From the NCBI RefSeq assembly GCF_009914755.1, contig NC_060937.1: a DNA stretch of 64,000 nucleotides, one strand, 5' to 3'. Positions 1 through 11,000 of the stretch are shown here, one piece after another. Position 1 is the first letter of the stretch; each line of letters begins with the position of its first letter. Made by a program: the position numbers and the translations under genes. Source of the DNA: the human T2T-CHM13v2.0 reference genome, Homo sapiens. Under the pieces are notes generated by a model, which was given only the letters and a program-made list of their open reading frames with translations, was not told the origin of the DNA and searched no databases.

Positions 1-2543
1 CCCCTAACCCTAACCCTAACCCTAACCCTAACCCTAACCCTAACCCTAACCCTAACCCTAACCCTAACCCTAACCCTAACCCTAACCCACCCTAACCCTA
101 ACCCTAACCCTAACCCTAACCCCTAACCCTAACCCTAACCCTACCCTACCCTAACCCTAACCCTAACCCTAACCCTAACCCTAACCCTAACCCTAACCCT
201 AACCCTAACCCTAACCCTAACCCTAACCCTAACCCTAACCCTAACCCTAACCCTAACCCTAACCCTAACCCTAACCCTAACCCTAACCCTAACCCTAACC
301 CCTAACCCTAACCCTAACCCTAACCCTAACCCTAACCCTAACCCTAACCCTAACCCTAACCCTAACCCTAACCCTAACCCTAACCCTAACCCTAACCCTA
401 ACCCTAACCCTAACCCTAACCCTAACCCTAACCCTAACCCTAACCCTAACCCTAACCCTAACCCTAACCCTAACCCTAACCCTAACCCTAACCCTAACCC
501 CTAACCCTAACCCTAACCCTAACCCTAACCCTAACCCTAACCCTAACCCTAACCCTAACCCTAACCCTAACCCTAACCCTAACCCTAACCCTAACCCTAA
601 CCCTAACCCTAACCCTAACCCTAACCCTAACCCTAACCCTAACCCTAACCCTAACCCTAACCCTAACCCTAACCCTAACCCTAACCCTAACCCTAACCCT
701 AACCCTAACCCTAACCCTAACCCTAACCCTAACCCTAACCCTAACCCTAACCCTAACCCTAACCCTAACCCTAACCCTAACCCTAACCCTAACCCTAACC
801 CTAACCCTAACCCTAACCCTAACCCTAACCCTAACCCTAACCCTAACCCTAACCCTAACCCTAACCCTAACCCTAACCCTAACCCTAACCCTAACCCTAA
901 CCCTAACCCTAACCCTAACCCTAACCCTAACCCTAACCCTAACCCTAACCCTAACCCTAACCCTAACCCTAACCCTAACCCTAACCCTAACCCTAACCCT
1001 AACCCTAACCCTAACCCTAACCCTAACCCTAACCCTACCCTAACCCTAACCCTAACCCTAACCCTAACCCTAACCCTACCCTAACCCTAACCCTAACCCT
1101 AACCCTAACCCTAACCCTAACCCTAACCCTAACCCTAACCCTAACCCTAACCCTAACCCTAACCCTAACCCTAACCCTAACCCTAACCCTAACCCTAACC
1201 CTAACCCTAACCCTAACCCTAACCCTAACCCTAACCCTAACCCTAACCCTAACCCTAACCCTAACCCTAACCCTAACCCTAACCCTAACCCTAACCCTAA
1301 CCCTAACCCTAACCCTAACCCTAACCCTAACCCTAACCCTAACCCTAACCCTAACCCTAACCCTAACCCTAACCCTAACCCTAACCCTAACCCTAACCCT
1401 AACCCTAACCCTAACCCTAACCCTAACCCTAACCCTAACCCTAACCCTAACCCTAACCCTAACCCTAACCCTAACCCTAACCCTAACCCTAACCCTAACC
1501 CTAACCCTAACCCTAACCCTAACCCTAACCCTAACCCTAACCCTAACCCTAACCCTAACCCTAACCCTAACCCTAACCCTAACCCTAACCCTAACCCTAA
1601 CCCTAACCCTAACCCTAACCCTAACCCTAACCCTAACCCTAACCCTAACCCTAACCCTAACCCTAACCCTAACCCTAACCCTAACCCTAACCCTAACCCT
1701 AACCCTAACCCTAACCCTAACCCTAACCCTAACCCTAACCCTAACCCTAACCCTAACCCTAACCCTAACCCTAACCCTAACCCTAACCCTAACCCTAACC
1801 CTAACCCTAACCCTAACCCTAACCCTAACCCTAACCCTAACCCTAACCCTAACCCTAACCCTAACCCTAACCCTAACCCTAACCCTAACCCTAACCCTAA
1901 CCCTAACCCTAACCCTAACCCTAACCCTAACCCTAACCCTAACCCTAACCCTAACCCTAACCCTAACCCTAACCCTAACCCTAACCCTAACCCTAACCCT
2001 AACCCTAACCCTAACCCTAACCCTAACCCTAACCCTAACCCTAACCCTAACCCTAACCCTAACCCTAACCCTAACCCTAACCCTAACCCTAACCCTAACC
2101 CTAACCCTAACCCTAACCCTAACCCTAACCCTAACCCTAACCCTAACCCTAACCCTAACCCTAACCCTAACCCTAACCCTAACCCTAACCCTAACCCTAA
2201 CCCTAACCCTAACCCTAACCCTAACCCTAACCCTAACCCTAACCCTAACCCTAACCCTAACCCTAACCCTAACCCTAACCCTAACCCTAACCCTAACCCT
2301 AACCCTAACCCTAACCCTAACCCTAACCCTAACCCTAACCCTAACCCTAACCCTAACCCTAACCCTAACCCTAACCCTAACCCTAACCCTAACCCTAACC
2401 CTAACCCTAACCCTAACCCTAACCCTAACCCTAACCCTAACCCTAACCCTAACCCTAACCCTAACCCTAACCCTAACCCTAACCCTAACCCTAACCCTAA
2501 CCCTAACCCTAACCCTAACCCTAACCCTAACCCTAACCCTAAC
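1..2543 (-). repeat. Terminal telomeric repeat array, (TTAGGG)n on the minus strand / (CCCTAA)n on the plus strand
   Basis: Continuous CCCTAA hexamers from base 1 to the last complete unit ending at 2542, plus one C at 2543. A few 1-2 bp indel variants occur only before about 1080; 1081-2542 is perfect. The C-rich strand on + at the sequence start indicates a left (p-arm) chromosome end. Confidence 0.99.
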
Positions 2544-2550
2544 TCGGAAT
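2537..2550. other. Direct telomere-to-satellite junction (CCCTAA|CTC|GGAAT)
   Basis: Line 2521 reads ...ccctaaccct aactcggaat ggaat...; only CTC (2543-2545) separates the last CCCTAA from the first GGAAT at 2546. Confidence 0.95.
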
Positions 2551-3289
2551 GGAATGGAATGGAATGGAATGGAATGGAATGGAATGGAATCAAACCAAGT
2601 GCAATGGAATGGAATGGAATGCAATGGAATCCACCCGAGTGGAATGCAACAGAATGGAATGGAATGGAAAGGAATGGAATGGAATGGAATAGAATGGAAT
2701 GGAATGGAATGGAATGGAATGGAATGGAGTGGAATGGAACATAATGGAGTGGAATGGAAAAAACACCAGGGGAATGAAATGGGTTGGAATGAAATGGAAT
2801 GGAAGGGAATGGAATGGAATGGAATGAAATCAACCCGAGTGGAATGGAACGGAATGGAATGGAATGGAAAGGAATGAATGGAATGGAATGGTGTGGAATC
2901 AACACGAGAGGAATGGAATGGAATGGAATGGAATCAACACGAATGGAATGGAATGGAATGGAATGGGATGGGATGGAATGGAATGGAAGTTAATCAACAC
3001 GAATGGAATGGAACGGAATGGAAAGGAATGGAATGGAATGGAATGGAATTGAATGGAATGAAATGGAAAGGAACGGAATGGAATCAACATGAGTGGAATG
3101 GAATGGAACGGAATGGAATCAACCCCAGTGGAATGAAATGGAATGTAATGCAATGGGATGAAGGGGAATCAACACGAGTCGAATGGAATGGAATGGAATG
3201 GAATGGAATGGATCGGAATGGAATCCAATGGAATCAACTGGAATGGAATGGAATGGAATGGAATAAATCCGGGTGGAGTGGAATGGAAT

Positions 3290-5150
3290 GTAATGGAGTG
3301 GAATGGAATGGAATTTAGAGGTGTGGAATGGAATGGAAAGGAATGGGATGGGATGCGATGGAATGGAAAGGAATGGAACTTAATCAACACGAATGGAACG
3401 GAATGCAATGGAATGGAATGGAATGGAATGGAATGGAATGGAATCAACACGAATGACATGGCATAGAATGGAATGGAATGGAATGGAATGGAATCAACCC
3501 GAATGGAATAGAACGGAATGGAATGGGATGGGATGGAATGGAATTGAATGCAAGTTAATCAACACGAATGGAATGGAACGGAATGGAATGGAATGAAAAG
3601 GAAAGGAACATAACGGCATCAACACGAGAGGAATGGAATGGAACGGAATGGAATCAACCCGAGTGGAATGAAATGGAATGTAATGCAATGGGATGGAGTG
3701 GAATCAACCCGAGTGGAATGGAATGGAATGGAATGGAATGGAATGGAATGGAATGGATCGGAATGGAATCCAATGGAATCAACTGGAATGGAATGGAATG
3801 GAATGGAATGGAATGGAATGGAACGGAATAAATCCGGTTGGAGTGGAATGGAATGTAATAGAGTGGAATGGAATGGAATTTAGAGGAATGGAATGGAATG
3901 GAATGGAATGGAATGGAATGGAATCAACCCGAATGGAATGGAACGGAATGGAATGGAATGGAATGGGATGGAATGGAATGGAATGGAATGGAATGGAATG
4001 GAATGGAATCAACACGAATGGCATGGCATAGAATGGAATGGAATGGAATGGAATGCAATGGAATGGAATGGAATGGAATGGAATGGAATGGAATGGAATC
4101 AACCCAAGTGCAATGGAATGGAATGGAATGCAATGGAATCCACCCGAGTGGAATGGAATGGAATGAAATGGATTGGAATGGAATGGAGTGGAATGGAATG
4201 TAATGGAGTGGAATGGAATGGAATTTAGTGGTGTGGAATGAAATGGAATGGAATGGGATGGGATGGGATGGAATGGAATGGAATGGAAATTAATCAACAC
4301 GAATGGAACGGAATGGAATGGAATGGAATGGAATGGAATGGAATGGAATGGAATGGAATCAACACGAATGACATGGCATAGAATGGAATGGAATGGAATG
4401 GAATGGAATGGAATGGAATCAACCCGAATGGAATGGAACGGAATGGAATGGGATGGGATGGAATGGAATGGAATGCAAGTTAATCAACACGAATGGAATG
4501 GAATGGAATGGAATGAAAAGGAAAGGAACATAATGGCATCAACACGAGTGGAATGGAATGGAACGGAATGGAATCAACCCGAGTGGAATGAAATGGAATG
4601 TAATGCAATGGGATGGAGTGGAATCAACCCGAGTGGAATGGAATGGAATGGAATTGAATGGAATGGAATGGATCGGAATGGAATCCAATGGAATCAACTG
4701 GAATGGAATGGAATGGAATGGAATGGAATGGAATGCAATGGAATGGAATGGAATGGAATAAATAAGGGTGGAGTGGAATGGAATGTAATGGAGTGGAATG
4801 TAATGGAATTTAGTGGAATGGAATGGAATGGAATGGAATGGAATGGAACGGAATAAATCCGGTTGGAGTGGAATGGAATGTAATAGAGTGGAATGGAATG
4901 GAATTTAGAGGAATGGAATGGAATGGAATGGAATGGAATGGAATGGAATGGAATGGAATCAACCCGAATGGAATGGAACGGAATGGAATGGAATCAACAC
5001 GAATGGCATGGCATAGAATGGAATGGAATGGAATGGAATGGAATGGGATGGAATCAACCCAAGCGCAATGGAATGGAATGGAATGCAATGGAATCCACCC
5101 GAGTGGAATGGAATGGAATGAAATGAAATGGAATGGAATGGAGTGAAATG
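3290..5150 (+). repeat. Diverged tandem duplication of about 0.9-1.0 kb within HSat3
   Basis: Paired markers in the same order: TTTAG(A/T)GGTGTGG 3314/4224, GACATGGCATAG 3455/4370, CCGGTTGG 3834/4859, GGCATGGCATAG about 4020/5005, CCACCCGAGT about 4140/5095. Confidence 0.7.
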
Positions 5151-8099
5151 GAACGGAATGGAGTGGAATGGAATAAACACCAGGGGAATGAAATGGATTG
5201 GAATGGAATGGAATGGAATGGAATGGAATGGAATGAAATCAACCCGAGTGTAATGGAGCGGAATGGAATGGAATGGAAAGGAATGAATGGAATGGAATGG
5301 TGTGGAATCAACACGAGAGGAATGGAATGGAATGGAATGGAAAGGAACGGAATGGAAAGGAGGGGAATGGAATGAACCCGAATGGAATGGAATGGATTGG
5401 AATGGAATGGAATGGAATCAACCTGAGCGGAAAGGAATGGAATAGAATGGAGTAGAATGGAATGTAACGGAATGGAATGGAATGGAATGGAATCAACACG
5501 AATGGAATGGAACGGAATGGAATGGGATGGGATGGAATGGAAGAGAATGGATGTTAATCAACACGAATGGAATGGAATGGAATGGAATGGAATGGAATGG
5601 ATCGGAAAGGAATCCAATGGAATCAACTGGAATGGAATGGATTGGAATGGAATGGAATGGAATGGAATGGAATGGAATGGAGTGGAATGCAATGGAATGC
5701 AATGGAATGGAATAAATCCGGGTGGAGTGGAATGGAATGTAATGGAGTGGAAAGGAATGGAATTTAGTGGAATGGAATGGAATGGAATGGAATGGAATGA
5801 AATCTATTGGATCAGAATGGAATCCAATGGAATCAACTGGAATGGAATGGAATGGAATGGAATGGAATGGAATGGAATGGAATGGAATGAAAAGGAAAGG
5901 AACAAAATGGAATCAACACGAGTGGAATGGAATGGAACGGAATGGAATTAACCCGAGTGGAATGAAATGGAATGTAATGCAATGGGATGGAGTGGAATCA
6001 ACCCCAGTGGAATGGAATGGAATGGAATGGAATGGAATGGAATGGAACGAAATGGAATGTATCGGAATGGAATCCAATGGAATCAACTGGAATGAAATGG
6101 AATGGAATGGAAAGGAATGGAATGGAATGGAATAAATCCGGGTGGAGTGGAATGGAATGTAATGGAGTGGAATGTAATGGAATTTAGTGGAATGGAATGG
6201 AATGGAATGGAATGAAATGGATTGGATCGGAAAGGAATCCAATGGAATCAACTGGAATGCAATGGAATGGAATGGAATGGAATGGAATGGAATGGAATAA
6301 ATCCGGGTGGAGTGGAATGGAATGTAATGGAGTGGAATGTAATGGAATTTAGTGGAATGGAATGGAATGGAATGGAATGGAATGGAATCTATTGGATCAG
6401 AATGGAATCCAATGGAATCAACTGGAAAGGAATGGAATGGAATGGAAAGGAATGAAAAGGAAAGGAACAAAATGGAATCAACACGAGTGGAATGGAATGG
6501 AACGGAATGGAATTAACCCGAGTGGAATGAAATGGAATGTAATGTAATGGGATGGAGTGGAATCAACCCCAGTGGAATGGAATGGAATGGAATGGAATGG
6601 AATGGAATGGAATGGAACGGAATGGAATGGAATGGAATGAAATGGAATGGATCGGAATGGAATCCAATGGAATCAACTGGAATGAAATGGAATGGAATGG
6701 AAAGGAATGGAATGGAATGAAATGGATTGGATCGGAAAGGAATTCAATGGAATCAAATGGAATGCAATAGAATGGAATGGAATGGAATGGAATGGAATGG
6801 AATGGAATGGAATGGAATAAATCCGGGTGGAGTGGAATGGAATGTAATGGAGTGGAATGGAATGGAATTTAGTGCAATGGAATGGAATGGAATGGAATGG
6901 AATGGAATGGAATGGAAGGAATCAACCCGAAGGGGATGGCATGGAATGGAATAGAATGGAATGGAATGGAATGGAATGGAATGGAATGGAATGGAATGGA
7001 GTGGAATCAACCCAAGTGCAATGGAATAGAATGGAATGCAATGGAATCCACTTGAGTGGAATGGAATGGAATGGAATGGAATGGAATGGAATGGAATGGA
7101 AAGGAATGCAATGGAATGGAATGGAATCGAAAGGAATAGAATGGAATGGAATGCAACGGAATGGAGTGGAATGCAATAAACACCAGGGGAATGAAATGGA
7201 TTGGAATGAAATGGAATGGAATGGAACGGAATGAAATGAAATCAACCCGAGTTGAATAGAACGGAATGGAATGGAATGGAAAGGAATGAATGGAATGGAA
7301 TGGTGTGGAATCAACACGAGAGGAATGGAATGGAATGGAATGGAACGGAACGGATTGGAAAGGAATGGAATGGAATGAACCCGAATGGAATGGAATGGAT
7401 TGGAATGGAATGGAATGGAATCAACCTGAGCGGAAAGGAATGGAATGGAATGGAGTGGAATGGAATGTAACGGAATGGAATGGAATGGAATGGAATCAAC
7501 ATGAATGGAATGGAACGGAATGGAATGGGATGGTATGGAATGGAATGGAATGGAAGTTAGTCAACACGAATGGAATGGAAAGGAATGGAATAGAATGAAA
7601 ATGAAAGGAACAGAATGGAATCAACACGAGTGGAATGGAATGGAACGGAATGGAATCAACCCGAGTGGAATGAAATGGAATGTAATGCAATGGGATGGAG
7701 TGGAATCAACCCGAGTGGAATGCAATGGAATGGAATGGAATGGAATGGAATGGAATGCAATGGAATGGAATGGAATCAACACGAATGGAATAGAATGGAA
7801 TGGAATGGGATGGGATGGAATGCAATGGAAGTTAATCAACACGAATGGAATGGAACGGAATGGGAAGGAATGGAATGGAATGGAATGGAATGGAATGGAA
7901 TGGAATTGAATGGAATGAAATGGAAAGGAACGGAATGGAATCAACATGAGTGGAATGGAATGGAACGGAATGGAATCAACCCGAGTGGAATGAAATGGAA
8001 TGTAATGCAATGGGATGGAGTGGAATCAACACAAGTGGAATGGAATGGAATGGAATGGAATGGAATGGAATGGAATGGAATGGAATGAAATGGAATGGA

Positions 8100-11000
8100 T
8101 CTGAATGGAATCCAATGGAGTCAACTGGAATGGAATGGAATGGAATGGAATAAATCCGGGTGGAGTGGAATGGAATGTAATGGAGTGGAATGGAATGGAA
8201 TTTAGTGGTGTGGAATGTAATGGAATGGAATGGGATGGGATGGGATGGAATGGAATGGAATGGAACTTAATCAACACGAATGGAACGGAATGGAATGGAA
8301 TGGAATGGAATGGAATGGAATCAACACGAATGACATGGCATAGAATGGAATGGAATGGAATGGAATGGAATGGAATGGAATCAACCCGAAAGGAATGGAA
8401 CGGAATGGAATGGGATGGAATGGAATGGAATGCAAGTTAATCAACACGAATGTAATGGAACGGAATGGAATGGAATGAAAATGACAGGAACATAATGGCA
8501 TCAACACGAGTGGAATGGAATGGAACGAAATGGAATCAACCCGAGTGGAATGAAATGGAATGTAATGCAATGGGATGGAGTGGAATCAACCCGAGTGGAA
8601 TGGAATGGAATGGAATGGAATGGAATGGAATGGAATGGAATGGAATGGATTGGAATGGAACCCAATGGAATCAACTGGAATGGAATGGAATGGAATGGAA
8701 TGGAATGGAATGGAATGGAATGCAAAGGAATGGAATGCAATGGAATGGAATGGAATGGAATGGAATGGAATGGAATGCAAAGGAATGGAATGCAATGGAA
8801 TGGAATGGAATGGAATAAATCCGGGTGGAGTGGAATGGAATGTAATGGAGTGGAATGTAATGGAATTTCGTGGAATGGAATGGAATGGAATGGAATGAAA
8901 TCTATTGGATCGGAATGGAATCCAATGGAATCAACTGGAATGGAATGGAATGGAATGGAATGGAACGGAATAAATCCGGTTGGAGTGGAATGGAATGTAA
9001 TAGAGTGGAATGGAATAGAATTTAGAGGAATGGAATGGAATGGAATTTAGAGGAATGGAATGGAATGGAATGGAATGGAATGAAAAGGAAAGGAACAAAA
9101 TGGAATCAACACGAGTGGAATGGTATGGAACGGAATGGAATTAACCCGAGTGGAATGAAATGGAATGTAATGCAATGGGATGGAGTGGAATCAACCCCAG
9201 TGGAATGGAATGGAATGGAACGGAATGGAATGGAATGGAACGGAATGGAATGGAATGGAATGAAATGGAATGGATCGGAATGCAATCCAATGGAATCAAC
9301 TGGAATGAAATGGAATGGAATGGAAAGGAATGGAATGGAATAAATCCGGGTGGAGTGGAATGGAATGTAACGGAGTGGAATGTAATGGAATTTAGTGGAA
9401 TGGAATGGAATCGAATGGAATGAAATGGAATGGAATGGAATGGAATAAATCCGGGTGGAGTGGAATGGAATGTAATGGAGTGGAATGCAATGGAATTTAG
9501 TGGAATGGAATGGAATGGAATGGAATGAAATGGATTGGATCGGAAAGGAATCCAATGGAATCAAGTGGAATGCAATAGAATGGAATGGAATGGAATGGAA
9601 TGGAATGGAATAAATCCGGGTGGAGTGGAATGGAATATAATGAAGTGGAATGGAATGGAATTTAGTGCAATGGAATGGAATGGAATGGAATGGAATGGAA
9701 TGGAATGGAATCAACCCGAATTTAATTGAATGGAATGGAATGGAAAGGAATGGAATGGAATGGAATGGAATGGAATGGAATGGAATGGAATGGAATCAAC
9801 CCGAATGGGATGGCATGGAATGGAATTGAATGGAATGGAATTGAATGGAATGGAGTGGAATCAACCCAAGTGCAATGGAATAGAATGGAATGCAATGGAA
9901 TCCACCAGAGTGGAATGGAATGGAATGGAATGGAATGCAATGGAATGGAATGGAATCGAAAGGAATAGAATGGAGTGGAATGGAACGGAATGGAGTGGAA
10001 TGCAATAAACACCAGGAGAATGAAATGGATTGGAATGAAATGGAATGGAATGGAATGGAATGGAATGAAATCAACCCGAGTTGAATAGAACGGAATGGAA
10101 TGGAATGGAAAGGAATCAATGGAATGGAATGGTTTGGAATCAACACGAGAGGAATGGAATGGAATGGAACAGAACGGAATGGAAAGGAATGGAATGGAAT
10201 GAACACGAATGGAATGGAATGGATTGGAATGGAATGGAATGGAATAAACCTGAGCGGAAAGGAATGGAATGGAATGGAGTGGAATGGAATGTAACGGAAT
10301 GGAATGGAATGGAATGGAATCAACATGAATGAAATGGAACGGAATGGAATGGGATGGGATGGAATGGAATAGAATGGAAGTTAGTCAACAAGAATGGAAT
10401 GGAATGGAATGGAATGGAATGAAAAGGAAAGGAACAGAATGGAATCAACACGAGTGGAATGGAATGGAACGGAATGGAATCAACCCGAGTGGAATGAAAT
10501 GGAATGTAATGCAATGGGATGGAGTGGAATCAACACGAGTGGAATGGAATGGAATGGAATGGAATGGAATGGAATGGAATGGAATGGAATGAAATGGAAT
10601 GGATCGGAATGGAATCCAATGGAATTAGCTGGAATGGAATGGAATGGAATGGAATGAAATGGATTGGATCGGAATGGAATCCAATGGAATCAACTGGAAT
10701 GGAATGGAATGGAATGGAATGGAATGGAATGGAATGGAATAAATCCGGGTGGAGTGGAATGGAATGTATTGGAGTGGAATGGAATGTAATTCAGTGGAAT
10801 GGAATGGAATGGAATGGAATGGAATCGAATGGAATGGAATCAAACCGAATGGAATGGAACGGAATGGAATGGAAAGGAATGGAATGGAATGGAATGGAAT
10901 GGAATGGAATCAACCGAAGTGCAATTGAATGGAATGGAATGGAATGGAATGGAATGGAATGGAATGGAATCAACACGAATGGGATGGCATGGAATGGAAT

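Noticed and set aside
1-1080. Variant telomere units (CCCCTAA, CCCTA, CCCA) at about 87, 120, 143-148, 300, 500, 1036 and 1075
   Set aside because: These are 1-2 bp, mostly homopolymer indels concentrated distally, typical of low-coverage long-read consensus error. They are not the substitution-type variant repeats expected proximally.
2541-2547. Junction heptamer AACTCGG is the reverse complement of CCGAGTT from the satellite variant CAACCCGAGTTGAAT (possible templated inversion)
   Set aside because: Only 2 of the 7 bases are not already explained by the flanking telomere and satellite, so a chance match is likely.
1035-2905. Long minus-strand ORFs of 529 and 609 aa (poly-VR and poly-GL) spanning the junction
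   Set aside because: Two of the three (TTAGGG)n frames lack stops, so these ORFs arise automatically. The listed starts are TTG codons rather than ATG, and the stops come from single indels in the distal telomere. VR/GL dipeptide products of telomeric RNA have been proposed, but nothing here supports a gene.
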